Below, piece by piece: positions 12,384-23,423 of a stretch of 64,000 bases of DNA. The notes under the pieces are model-generated. The model saw only the letters and a program-made list of their open reading frames with translations. It was not told where the DNA came from and did not search any database. The stretch is from assembly GCA_000165345.1 (NCBI GenBank), contig CM000436.1, forward strand, positions 896,001 to 960,000, in the 5' to 3' direction. The position numbers and the translations under genes are program-made. How positions within the stretch are numbered: the first letter of the stretch is position 1; each line of letters starts with the position of its first letter.

Positions 12384-14352
12384 ATGATGAGCAGTATTAT
12401 TCTAAATATCTTAAAAATACTCATTATATTTGTATTGATTAATATTATTGGATCAGACTCAGGTGCAGTATCGAACCCATCCAAACAACAAAATAAATTT
12501 ACTAAATTAAATCAAGTATTTAAAAGAAAAAATAAACAATATTATGCTATTTCAAAAGATGGCTCTCTCATATTTCCTGCACTAAAGGCAATTTCTTCCA
12601 AGAATATTCCGCTTTTGAAAAATGTTAATAGCTTTAATAATGAATATGACGAAGGTAAGTTATTTATTAGTAGTTTTAGCTGATTTCTTACATTTCATAG
12701 ATATAATTAATAGAAGCCATGTATATATTATTAAAAATGGAGAAGTTCCTGGGTGGGATGGAATGAAAATACCAATACATTATTCCAGTGAGCATTCAAA
12801 ACTAAGATTGAAACCACCTGAAAAAAGCAGGTCAATTTCTATTTTCCCACCTGTTGTAGCCGAGAGGTAAGTAAAAATATTAATAAATAAATTCAAAATT
12901 GTTTATGTTTTTAGATTTATGTTATTTGCTTTAGAAGAATGCCTTCTTCCATCAAAGTTTTTTATTCAGGTTGCTTTTTGTACATTTGATGCAATTTATC
13001 CATTTTTAGAAGGTGTTCCTTCTGGAGAAGTAATGCAAGATATTGTAGGGGCAGCTATGTATTCGGTAAATAAAATAGGAGACGATTTTTCCTTTGATAC
13101 CAAATATTGCCGTAAAGCAATAGCAATGATTCCAGATTCACGTATAAACTTAGAAGTTGATTCAAAATGCAATGATATCTCTCTATGTATGCACCAAGAC
13201 CATTTTCCTCAATTATCACGTTCCCTAAGTGTATTTAATTTGGAACAATTAATAGAGAAATCGTTTATACTTCATGGTCTTGAGTATCAGCTCAGAGTGA
13301 GAAAACTTATTCAATCAATTCTTTGGAAAATAATTAAATCTGCCCATAAATCAAATATAAAAAGAGAGCATATGAATCCCAATAGACTTTTTTCAATAAT
13401 CAGAGCATATGTACTTACATTGTATATTAGACATTCGAGCCTAATTATTCCAGGATGGTATTTAAATAAATTTCCATCGGCAAAAAATTCATTATCATTT
13501 GTATATGTGAAAAATGAAGATTATACTGAACAATCTGCTTATATAAACTACTGTGCAAGAAAATTAAAATGGTGGTTAGATGCATTCCAACCAATTGTAT
13601 CACCGATTTTCCCGAATATGGATACCAAGGATGAGGTTTCAAGATCCGCATGCTTTCAAGCAGGAAGAGCAGGATTTGTAAGTAACGAAGAGTTTGACTT
13701 CTCAAATATGATCGAGGAAGGTACTGAAAGTGTTGATTTGCTGAACCTTCAACTTCCCATTATATTGAAAAAGTCAGAAGAGGAAATAAAGTATATAAGA
13801 AATAATAACTTAAGAAAAGCTCAAGAAAATAGAAAGTGGACTAGTCACTATGAGTCGTATCCATATTCATTAAATGGAAGAATGTTCCAGGATATTATTC
13901 ATGAAAAAGATAAACTTAACTTACAAAATTTAGCTCAAGAAGCCGAATTAAGCCAAGATAAGGACACTTTATTAGATGAAGTTAAAGATCTATTAGGAAG
14001 AAAAAAAAATGGTGATGAGCCATCTATTAAATATGAAAATATTTTTGATACAAATGGCAGAGAAAGTGACAAAAAAACGTCTTTCTCCCCAGTTGAATTT
14101 ATAGCTCAATTAAAGCAAGATAATATTGACTTAGAATCTCACGATGCAAACACGAGCAATATTTCCTATAAACCCAGAAGCATAATTAGAGATCAATTAA
14201 TTCAACCGCAAAGCACTCATTCTTTGAAACAGGGTATTTATGGAAATGCCATGGATGACACAAATTCTGGATTTGAGGAGGATGAAATCGAGGAATTTGA
14301 AGATGAAGATGAGTTTGAGAGTGAAAACGATAACAATTATTCTACAAAGTAA
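12384..14352 (+). CDS. Divergent WYLE-family paralog 4 with three exons: join(12384..12654,12701..12866,12915..14352), about 624 aa.
   Basis: ATG at 12384 with signal peptide MMSSIILNILKILIIFVLINIIG. Donor GTAAGT at 12655 and acceptor catag at 12700 give a 46-nt intron in phase 1. Donor GTAAGT at 12867 and acceptor ttttag at 12914 give a 48-nt intron in phase 2. The splices join three track ORFs into one frame. Exon 3 carries the family core in divergent form (FMLFALEECLLPSKFFIQ...GEVMQDIVGAAMYS). The C-terminus is acidic (EEDEIEEFEDEDEFESEND), unlike the basic tails of its paralogs. Confidence 0.6.
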
Positions 14353-14447
14353 TTAAATATATATAATACCTAAAGCAATTCAATTTTCAATTTCAGTCTT
14401 TGTTTATTCTATTTGTTTGAGATTTCGAATTATTATGAAATATACAG

Positions 14448-15524
14448 TTATGCATTTCCATTTCTCTGCAATTGCCCCATTCTACTGAATAAATTATTTC
14501 CAATTATACTTCCACTAATACCTAGTGTATTTCCTAAAGTACCTTTTATTCCGTTATTACAGTTGCAATTTCCATTGCAGCTAAGGTGACTTCCGTTTAT
14601 ATTTCCATTATTTAGAGGAAACCCATTATAAACACCATTACTTTGTTGAAAGCCTCCGTAGAAACCGTAGTCTTCGAATCCTCTTATTTGTTGCCCATTC
14701 ATAGGTTGTATTCTCGATCCAAACGGAATAGGGGAAATAAATGGAAGTACAACTGCCTGTACTAGAGCAAAACAACAACTACAAACGGCCAATGATATCT
14801 CTATGCATGCCATCCATTTCATAGTAGATCTCAATTTATCTAGAGGCGATCTATATTTTTTTCTTTTTTCTCTGAGTTCTTTCTCTCTCTTTTTAAGCAT
14901 TTTTTTTCTTTTCTTTCTTTTTTTCTTTTCTTTTTTTGAAAGTTTGCTATCGTCCATATCATCGTCAAGATATCTTCTTTTTAGTTTATTTCGTCTGTAG
15001 TTGATTTCGTTGTGATTAAGTTCATGAAAGCTCGCTAATGAACGGAAGTTTGGCTGGCTTTGAATGCCAAAGTTAACTCTTGAATTAGTATTCTCGAGTT
15101 CCAACTTATCTGTAATTTTTGATATGTTTTTAATATTGTATAGATCTTTTAGGTATATTTCGTCAGTTGAATTTCTATCTTGATTTATTATAAATGAAAG
15201 CTCATCAAATAGCTTGTTATTTTTATCTCCAAGAATGTAACATGTATGTGTTTTATTTACAAATTTAAGTGTATTTATTTGGTAATCACACTTTTCGTGT
15301 TCGTATGCCGAAGTTTCATTAAAATAAATATAATATAAGTTCATTTGCTCATCTTTCAAAATCTTTTCGTTTGTCAGGTTCATCTGAGCCAATATATCCT
15401 CAAATATACTATCTCTTATGGACTCTACATGCTTGACTTGGGCATGATCGATCGAGCTTGAATCTACAAAATTAAAAAAAATCAAAAAAGTAAGTATAGG
15501 AACTAATATTAAATTTGATTTCAT
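14448..15524 (-). CDS. Hypothetical secreted/membrane protein with a lysine-rich stretch and a C-terminal-proximal TM segment (358 aa from the ATG at 15524; an upstream ATG at 15593 gives 381 aa).
   Basis: From 15524 the N-terminus MKSNLILVPILTFLIFFNFV looks like a signal peptide. There is an extreme basic run KKEKKKRKKRKKMLKKREKELREKRKK, then a hydrophobic segment WMACIEISLAVCSCCFALVQAVVLPFI. The C-terminus is N/G-rich and low-complexity, with many NxS/T sequons. Confidence 0.5.
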   Translation of the reverse strand: MKSNLILVPILTFLIFFNFVDSSSIDHAQVKHVESIRDSIFEDILAQMNLTNEKILKDEQMNLYYIYFNETSAYEHEKCDYQINTLKFVNKTHTCYILGDKNNKLFDELSFIINQDRNSTDEIYLKDLYNIKNISKITDKLELENTNSRVNFGIQSQPNFRSLASFHELNHNEINYRRNKLKRRYLDDDMDDSKLSKKEKKKRKKRKKMLKKREKELREKRKKYRSPLDKLRSTMKWMACIEISLAVCSCCFALVQAVVLPFISPIPFGSRIQPMNGQQIRGFEDYGFYGGFQQSNGVYNGFPLNNGNINGSHLSCNGNCNCNNGIKGTLGNTLGISGSIIGNNLFSRMGQLQRNGNA

Positions 15525-15755
15525 TCTAACAGTGATGAAAGCTAGTTTGGCAAATTGCTCTCTACATACAATAGTTTTTCCTGATATTTTCATCTTAAAA
15601 AAATTTGTATGTCAAGTAATTCAAATAAATGCATAATATTTAACGGAACAGTCTGATTATTGCCTTGGGATCATAGAAAAAATTATATTTATTATGAGTT
15701 TTAATAATCTATAATTTAATAAGATTATAGAGTGTTTATGGATTATCTATTTTTC

Positions 15756-17372
15756 TCAGTCAATATCTATAGTTGAAAGAATATCTTCGAGCTGTTTTTT
15801 CAATCCAGAATTTGACGTCGAATTTGAACTAGCATAGCTTTCTATCTCTGTACTGTTGCTTTCATTTGATGTTTTGTTTGCAAAATTTTTTGGAACATCT
15901 AAACGGGTAACAACTGAACGGTTATTCAATATTGCTCCTTTATCACTAAACTGAACTTGCACTTTTTTCTTAGGAGATTGATTTTCTAAGGCTTTTTTTT
16001 GTTTAATATTTTGTTTAAAAGCCCCTCTACTCTTCGAACTTAAGTCAGCACTTTTTACTTGACTCGATGTTTTATCTTTTATTTTTTTGGTCGGCTGTTC
16101 CTTGACAATTTCTCTTGAATGAGCAAGGTGAGGGTATGCTAAATATTCAAGCTCGTTTATTGAAATATTCTTTGGAATTTCAATTTCACTATTTATAAAT
16201 CCCATAGAAACTAATTCAGTGCATGCGTGCTGTATTATTACATTTGAGAATGGGCAAAAGCCTGTCTTATCAAAATAAGATAAATAATCCACTGAATTGT
16301 TTGATAAGTGAGCATTAATAATCAGGCGTGCGCATTTTGCAATCATTTTAATAGGAGTTGGCTGAAGTAGGCTTTTATCTCCAATTTTCATATAGGCCTT
16401 TGGAGAAATCTCAAATGCATCAATATCTTTAAGTCCCTGTCTAATTAAGTATTCAGTTAGAATCATTATAAAGTTGAAGTATCGTATCACATAGAATAGT
16501 TTATCAGGAAATTTTATCTTTTTTCCATCATTTTTACTAGCGGCAGGCCCATAACCTTTTTCCCTTCTTGCCATTAATATTCCAACAATGATTTTCTGGG
16601 CATAAGATCTGGGTTGCTGGCCTCTAAAGAACGGTGGCTTATCTTTGTAGACGTCAGTAATTTCTTTTTCTAATTTCCTAACTTGATTTTTATTATTTCT
16701 CAGAAATTCTTTAGAAGTAAGGCATGTCAGCATCATACTGCAGACTTCCGAATTTTTTTTGTTTATTGCTATGTCACTAAAAAGAGATATTGAGGCCTTA
16801 CATTTAGCTAAACTAAAACTTTCACTTGGAAGATCCATAGATGCTAGTGATGCACCAATAATATCTTGAAGAGTATAGCTTGTAAGAATACCCGTTGTAA
16901 AGTGTGTAACTCCTCTATGCATACAGTATATGAGCTCGAGATACCACAAAGAAGGTATTTTGCAGATACCTATTGCATACGAGAATAACCTTTCGCTTGC
17001 CTCTAAAGGAAGTCTTTGGGAACTTTGAGAAATTACTGGCATTCTTCTAATTTTTACAGAATTATCGATTGGAATAATTGGAACATGAAGCCTAATTGGA
17101 AGTTTTGAATATATGTTCTCAGAAAGAGGGCTTGTTCCATCAGCATTAATATCATTAGGAAAATTGGGTTCAATCCCTTTAATTACAACTGTTCTTAAGA
17201 ACGGGTCCATTTTTCTGACTCTTATTCTATATTGGGAGTTGTATATATGATTGTTTTTTTGATTATCTACCCCTACCAGTATATTGTCAGGATTGTAACT
17301 AGTTTTAGAGGACTTTTTTGAAAGAATTGGAATAAATGTACTAATAAATATTATAATAAGCGTTAGTCTCAT
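15756..17372 (-). CDS. Secreted WYLE-motif family protein, divergent paralog 5 (about 538 aa), single exon.
   Basis: The track start at 17387 is a GTG. The first ATG at 17372 gives signal peptide MRLTLIIIFISTFIPILS. The core is LEASERLFSYAIGICKIPSLWYLELIYCMHRGVTHFTTGILTSYTLQDIIGASLA. The C-terminal part is K/S-rich. Confidence 0.7.
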   Translation of the reverse strand: MRLTLIIIFISTFIPILSKKSSKTSYNPDNILVGVDNQKNNHIYNSQYRIRVRKMDPFLRTVVIKGIEPNFPNDINADGTSPLSENIYSKLPIRLHVPIIPIDNSVKIRRMPVISQSSQRLPLEASERLFSYAIGICKIPSLWYLELIYCMHRGVTHFTTGILTSYTLQDIIGASLASMDLPSESFSLAKCKASISLFSDIAINKKNSEVCSMMLTCLTSKEFLRNNKNQVRKLEKEITDVYKDKPPFFRGQQPRSYAQKIIVGILMARREKGYGPAASKNDGKKIKFPDKLFYVIRYFNFIMILTEYLIRQGLKDIDAFEISPKAYMKIGDKSLLQPTPIKMIAKCARLIINAHLSNNSVDYLSYFDKTGFCPFSNVIIQHACTELVSMGFINSEIEIPKNISINELEYLAYPHLAHSREIVKEQPTKKIKDKTSSQVKSADLSSKSRGAFKQNIKQKKALENQSPKKKVQVQFSDKGAILNNRSVVTRLDVPKNFANKTSNESNSTEIESYASSNSTSNSGLKKQLEDILSTIDID

Positions 17373-18378
17373 CTCTTCAAGATTCACATAAATAAATTAA
17401 CAATTTCAAATAGGAGATCTTTATCAGAAGCTTAAGATTATTTTTCTTTTGTTGTCAGCAACTTAAATACTCCTCGGATTGCATTCTTTTATTATTACTC
17501 CTTGTTAGACGGGAAAAACTAACAATTGAATCTCTTCTGGCCAATGATTAGTTAACAAAATAGTCTTCACGTAATAGTGCAGTCCCAGGCGTTGGATTCC
17601 TAAAGTAGTACTAGTATTCACAAAAAAAATCTATATTCGTTATCGACGTTACCTGCAATAACTGCAAAAAAAATCATGTCTTTACCGCCAATTTGTGCGT
17701 ACTAATTTGTCGGCGGGCTGTGCAGCCGGAATAAAGTCGAAATTTAAACATAAAATTAAAGTACTAAAGTATAAAAATAAAATACTCAGATATAAATATT
17801 GATTCCGGAATCGCAACCTTCCTCAAAAAATAAGTCAGTAGAGGGAGCGAAATCATCATTGTATTTTATCGCTTAAGTTAAAAGCTATGCAAAAAGAGCT
17901 AAAATCCAAATATTGTCGGCTCATTATTACACAACCTGAAAACTCAAATATAACTCCATATTTCTCTCGAAATAATATTTATAAAGCTAATACTTCAAGA
18001 CTCATGACTATTGAAATCTTGTAATTCCACAATATAAGCGATATCCATGCTCCGAACTTCAATTAAAATCATATAAACTAGGCTTAAGGTTATCTCAGCG
18101 ATTGAATATGACAATATCACAAACTCCTCTGGATTCCGGGTAGGTTCAAACCCAAAACAGCAGAAAGGAGATTCAATCAATACATGCAAGCATCATTGAA
18201 TAACCAAAGCCCAGATATTCTCCAAGATTTGATGATTTCTCTAAAGCAAATTTATTCTTGTCTCCGATATTCTTAAAAGGGATAGACAAATACATGGCGC
18301 CGATATTGTTGAGTTATATAGCAGGATTTCAAAACCACGGAAATATGATAAAGCGAAATCGTGAAAATATATTGCCTT

Positions 18379-20031
18379 TCAATCTTGTTTAGTATTTTGA
18401 CTGGTTTCCCCTTTTGAATTCGAGTTGCTGTCCATTGTTGGAGTATTGCGTTTACTGCTCTCTTTTTGCTTATTTTCTAAGACCTTCTCTTCGAAGTTAT
18501 TTTTGATTTTCTCGGCAACTTTTTTGAAATGTTCTTCGTCTGAAATATACAATTTTCTAAGGTTTTTGATGGCAGACGCCCCTCTTTCGCCTCTGGTTTC
18601 GGCGCTTGCTGATGTTTTGGGATTGTTTTCTTGTAGCCATACCAACATCTTTGCGATTTGTCGGATCTCTTTGATTTCTGAATCTTGAAGTTCTTCCTTG
18701 GGTTTTATGCCTTCATTGGATTCTACACCCTTTTTATCTACATTGCTTCCTTCGGAATTTATATTATTTTGACTAAATTGTGCAGTTTCTTTATTTTTCT
18801 CAGCTAATTTTCTTCTCTTAGCCTCTTCCAATATGGCAGCAATAATAACTTTTCTTCGTTCTTTTTTCTTTAGGGACGCCTCACTGTCTTGAAGTTCTTC
18901 AGGTTTGGCTTCCAACTGATTACTATCTTCTATTTTGTTCTCTATTTTATCTTCCATTCTATCTTCTACAGAAAGTTGTTGAATTCTTTTTTCAATTTTT
19001 AGCAGCTCAATATTTTGATTGTGTAAACTTTCTTTATTTCTTTCTATATTTTCCAGAATATTTCTATACTCTTTTGTTTTTCTCTCTTTATTCCTAAGTT
19101 TCTGCGCACGCATGCTTAGATTTGCATTTTCTAACTTTAATTTACCTATTTTTTGTATCAAATTCTTTTTAATTTCAACGCACTCAGGGAAGTTCTTTTC
19201 TTCATATTCAAGGCCTACACTAGATTCTATTAAATTTTTGGATTCAGTTACAGTTTCATCAATTTCAATATTTAATTGTATAGCATTAATCAACTTCCTT
19301 CCTGCAAGAATCTCTAATGCTGCAATCTGTTGGTTTGGAGTAATTAGAATAACGGTGTCATCTTCGTCTTCCAAATCATCAGGAGCATTAACGTTATCAA
19401 TTACTTTTTTTAAGGTCGCGGAGCTGGGCTGGCTATCTGATTTCTGATAAACAATCTTGATTCCAGATGCAAGTATCTTTTTTCTTGTAACTTCATCAAA
19501 GGGAGATATATCTCCAGAGTCAGTAGCTTCTATATCATGCTGCCTTAGTAAATTCAATTTATCTAACAATCTATTTTCTTCTATTATTTTGTTTATTTCA
19601 AATTCTTCTTGTTCTTGATCTTCAAGACCTTTTTGTCCTTTAACTGTGGCAATATCCCCACCAAAAGCAAATAATCCACTATATTTTAATTCAATATCGG
19701 ATAGCCACAATTTGACAAATGTATTGTTTTTAATATTGTATTCCTTTATAATCTCTGGATGATTGTAAAAGTTACCTTTATTTTCAACGGAAATCTCTAC
19801 TTCTCTTTGAATATTTCCAATAACTTTATTATCAAATTTAGTAAACTTTTTTTTCTTTGAATTATATTCTAAAATAAAGTTAATTTAATTTGTTAAATTG
19901 CCTTATTTCTTACCTCTCGTTGCTTGTACTGCTTGATAAAAACTTTTTATATCAACTTTACTGCACTCACTTTCTTGAAAAAGCAATAAAATTAATATAA
20001 TACATATTGAAAAAAACCTCGTTCTAGACAT
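18379..20031 (-). CDS. Secreted acidic coiled-coil protein with two exons: complement(join(18379..19868,19914..20031)), about 535 aa.
   Basis: Exon 1 reads ATG...MSRTRFFSICIILILLLFQESEC (signal peptide) and ends in phase 1. Donor GTAAGA at 19913, a TTAAC branch point and acceptor ttttag ending at 19869 give a 45-nt intron. Exon 2 continues in frame into the 443-aa track ORF (..KLWLSDIELKYSG..), which has long E/K-rich heptad regions. Confidence 0.55.
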
Positions 20032-20259
20032 TCGAAACCTATATTTGCTTCTATTCCTCACTAATATGTTCATTTCAAAATTTTTTATTACAAGTCTGAT
20101 CTAATAATTTTGATTCCGAAGGCGGGTAATTTTGGCTTATTTCTTCACCTGAAAAAAAACTAGTGAATTTAAACAAACTCGTTATTTTGTGCGATTAGAG
20201 AAAATTTATGGTTAAATGCAATCTTATAACAAAATATTATAATTTTTATCTATCAAATT

Positions 20260-22155
20260 CTATCTGTTCTTTCTTTTTGGTAGACTTGATTTTGGCACAC
20301 GAATTTTTTTTACATTATTTTGAGGAGCGCATATTAAGTCCCCAATTTTGACACATGCAGTTTGCTCACAATTTTTTTTGCCACTGCTCTCAAATATCTC
20401 AGAATAACATTCATCGGAGCCTTTATTTCTGTCTAATACGAGAGTTTCGCTAGACGCTTCACTGCGTAGCATGTCCTTGGTATTAAGTAATTTAGGTTTT
20501 ATAGGACTTCCAAGTGTTTTATTACTCCTTTTTGGCATTTTGTGCTGAATAATTTGCAAAAATTGAGTATCCCTAGTTATTGGAATATTGCCATCTTCAG
20601 AGTTTTCGCTGGGAATGTCAAATAGCTCACTATAACCTTCAGAGTCTCTTTTTTTTAGTGTTTTTTTCAATTTAAGAGTTAAGCTAGAATTATAACTTGC
20701 GCCTTCCTTCAAAAGATTGTTTTGCATGCTAGAAGTAATTGAGGGAAGAGTGGGATTCAATGAAATACTTTCATCAATCTCAAATTGAAGGTCATCATAT
20801 CCATACTTAAGATATTCTTTACTGTATTTTTTTGGCAAAGTTTTATTTTTATCTTTACAACCTATAGGAATAGTGAGGGAATTTTGAAATCTATCAAGCC
20901 TATTTTTGGGTTCAGGACTCAATTTTGGACTTGAGAAGTCTTCTTTTTCAAGTATCTTTTTATGCTTTGTTTTTCCCTTGACATTTTTATTATCTTTCTT
21001 TTTCGTATTAAGTTTCATATTTTTCTCATCAGAAAATTTTTTAGTTTCATCCTTTTTCAGATCCTCAAAATTGAAGTATTCTATTTGCTCAGGAGTAGAT
21101 AATAATTCATTTTCTTTTCTTTTATTATTTGAATGCTGCTCTCCTTCATAAGAAAAATTTTCTGCATACATTATTTCTCCTGATGGGATTTCGTTTACTA
21201 GTATAAGTTTAGAATTTAATTGTTTTTCTTGGATTGACAAATCTTCGGGATCTTTTACAGAATCTATATTTTCATCTGGATAGTGAAGCTCATGCATTTC
21301 TGGTTTTTTATAGGTGTTTTCAAACTCAGCTACAACCGATCTTCCTTCTTCATCCAGTTTATTATATAATTCTTCTTTTATTGGACTGGATTTAATTAGA
21401 TGCCTTGCAGAGCCCTTCCAGTTTGGTTGATTTATTTGTTCGGTTTCTAAAACTCTAAGCAGAAAAAAAAAATCAACGTCAAGAAAATCAGCATATCAAT
21501 AGAAACTTACTTTTTCTGGTCACTTGTAGTAGCTTTATTAAATGAACTTTCTACATTATACTCGTCAAACAAATCTAGATCTTTCATCAAATTTTCGGCT
21601 TTTAAATCAGTATTCAATAACTGAGAGATATTTTTCTCTGCAGTTAGGCTCTTATGATCAAATTTAGTTGGGTACCCTAATACTGGAGTTGATTCCTGAC
21701 TACTTTCGGTATTATTGTAATCGAATACAATATCTTTTATTTCTTTTATTTTTTCTTTAATTTCTTCAAGTTTAAGTTCAATATTATCCCCCCCTATTTC
21801 AACCTTTGGAAGATTAAATTCTTCCAGATTCTTAGCCGTTTTAGGCCTATTATAAAGTGGATAAACTTTTAGAAAATAGTCTTACTTACCTAGTAGGCGT
21901 TCTAATTCCACTTATTTGTTTAGGGGTATTTTGAAAGAGCCCTATCCTACCTTGTTTCTCGTTAACCTTCTCTATATCGCCTTCACTCATTTCAATATTA
22001 TTCTTCGAGACTATTTCAATAAAACCTGGGATCTTATTTTTGATGATCTCAGCATCATCTAAGTAACTTGATTCACTGATTACAAATCTAAAGAGATAAA
22101 GTGAAACCAACAAGAAATATAAACAATTTATTATTTTTAAACTGCCTCCAGCCAT
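20260..22155 (-). CDS. Hypothetical secreted K/E/S-rich protein with three exons: complement(join(20260..21454,21511..21846,21890..22155)), about 598 aa (an upstream in-frame ATG at 22185 is the alternative start).
   Basis: The signal peptide is MAGGSLKIINCLYFLLVSLYLF. Exon 1 ends ..ACT AG with donor GTAAGT; a 43-nt intron (21889..21847) ends at ..ataatag, in phase 2. Exon 2 is an open 111-codon frame ending ..CAGAAAAA with donor GTAAGT; a 56-nt intron (21510..21455) ends at ..ctgcttag, in phase 2. Exon 3 runs in frame into the 345-aa track ORF. All phases close with canonical GT-AG introns. Confidence 0.55.
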
Positions 22156-22388
22156 CTCTATACAAAACAAATGATAAAGCCCCAAATATCTTTTTATACT
22201 ATATTTTAGATTGTTTTTAAGTCCATTAAGAAATATAAACTAATATTAAGGATAAAAACAGATAATCGACCATAATAGCACTTGTAGCAACAAAAGAGCT
22301 ATTTTTTATAGCGCTAGCCTATGCAGTTTTCCAAATATTTGCTTCAAGTTATTGCAAAGCAAGGAAAATCTATAATTTCTACATTTTT

Positions 22389-22412
22389 TCCCACATTAAG
22401 CGCGCCACAGAC
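22389..22412. promoter_or_regulatory. AGCGCGCC plus TTTTGGCGG boxes in the divergent promoter between the 22155 minus-strand gene and the 22640 gene.
   Basis: A GC island in an AT-rich intergenic spacer, with the same core as the other boxes. Confidence 0.4.
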
Positions 22413-22639
22413 TTTTGGCGGTTTTGTGGTTATTTTTTTTAGATTTATTGCTCTTCTATATGGGGTTGTTAATAATATTAACCGGCCAAATTTTTATTTT
22501 TTTTTGGACGGGGGCACAAAGCTAATTCTTTGACAAATAATAATATTCTGACCAATTTCATGCAGGTGGGCATGCAATGCATTGTTATTATTATTGCAGT
22601 AGATAAATTAATAATTCTGAATAAATATATTCGAAAATA

Positions 22640-23392
22640 ATGATGGAGATCATCACCGTAGATAGTTTACAAGAGAATAAGTATATTTATAGCGGCTCTG
22701 AATCTACGAAAAATAATAGTTTTGAGTCATTTTGCTCGAGATTTTTTAAACTTAACTATGGGATTATAATACTTTCTGTGTTTTCGATGCTGGTTACTAT
22801 ATTCGGATCATTATTTGAGTCAATAATAAAAATGTATTGCTTCATGATGGTAAATAGACTAGTTTGCACAGCAATGATCTTTTCTTTTCTGCGGCACATT
22901 TGGAACTTTGACAAATCAAGTATCAAAATTATATTTTCTCTTCACTTAATAAATCAGTTTAACTATCTTGGAGTATCAATCGTAGCCATTTCTACAAAAG
23001 TCCCATCGATTTCTACTGCATCTATACTGAACTCTTTTAATATTATGAATGTATTTTCAACGATTTGTTTTGCATCAATTTTCATAATGGAAATAGTAAA
23101 CTTGATTTATGTTTATAATCTATTTTTTCAGGCACAAAAAAATTTAATTATTTTAAAACAAGAAATGAATAATAATAATATAAAGCTAAATCTATGCACC
23201 TACATTATATTTGGTTATAACCTTATTACAGATTGCATTTATATAATGACTTCGATTATAGCATACGCCAAATTTACATTATTTCATGGACATTATATAG
23301 AGATTTCATTAAGCTCAATTTCTGGTATTTGCATTCTTATTTTTGCAACTGGATTAATTTTAAGCATTTCTATCTTTAATTATTTGAGATAA
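22640..23392 (+). CDS. Hypothetical polytopic membrane protein (250 aa).
   Basis: ATG ATG start. It has at least six hydrophobic helices (IIILSVFSMLVTIFGSLF, VCTAMIFSFL, LGVSIVAIS, VFSTICFASIFIMEIVNLIYVY, IYIMTSIIAYA, ISGICILIFATGLILSISIF). I do not recognise a conserved family. Confidence 0.5.
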   Translation: MMEIITVDSLQENKYIYSGSESTKNNSFESFCSRFFKLNYGIIILSVFSMLVTIFGSLFESIIKMYCFMMVNRLVCTAMIFSFLRHIWNFDKSSIKIIFSLHLINQFNYLGVSIVAISTKVPSISTASILNSFNIMNVFSTICFASIFIMEIVNLIYVYNLFFQAQKNLIILKQEMNNNNIKLNLCTYIIFGYNLITDCIYIMTSIIAYAKFTLFHGHYIEISLSSISGICILIFATGLILSISIFNYLR

Positions 23393-23423
23393 ATGCGCGT
23401 GCCGAAATAATTCAACTTAAAAA

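Noticed and set aside
14880-14945. Long T/C-rich tract (tttttttcttttctttctttttttcttttcttttttt).
   Set aside because: It is the antisense of the lysine-rich KKEKKKRKKRKK coding stretch of the 14448-15524 gene, not a regulatory polypyrimidine tract.
18120-18150. tRNA-like T-loop string GGTTCAAACCC.
   Set aside because: I could not fold flanking sequence into acceptor, D or anticodon stems, and there are no A/B box spacings. It is probably a chance match.
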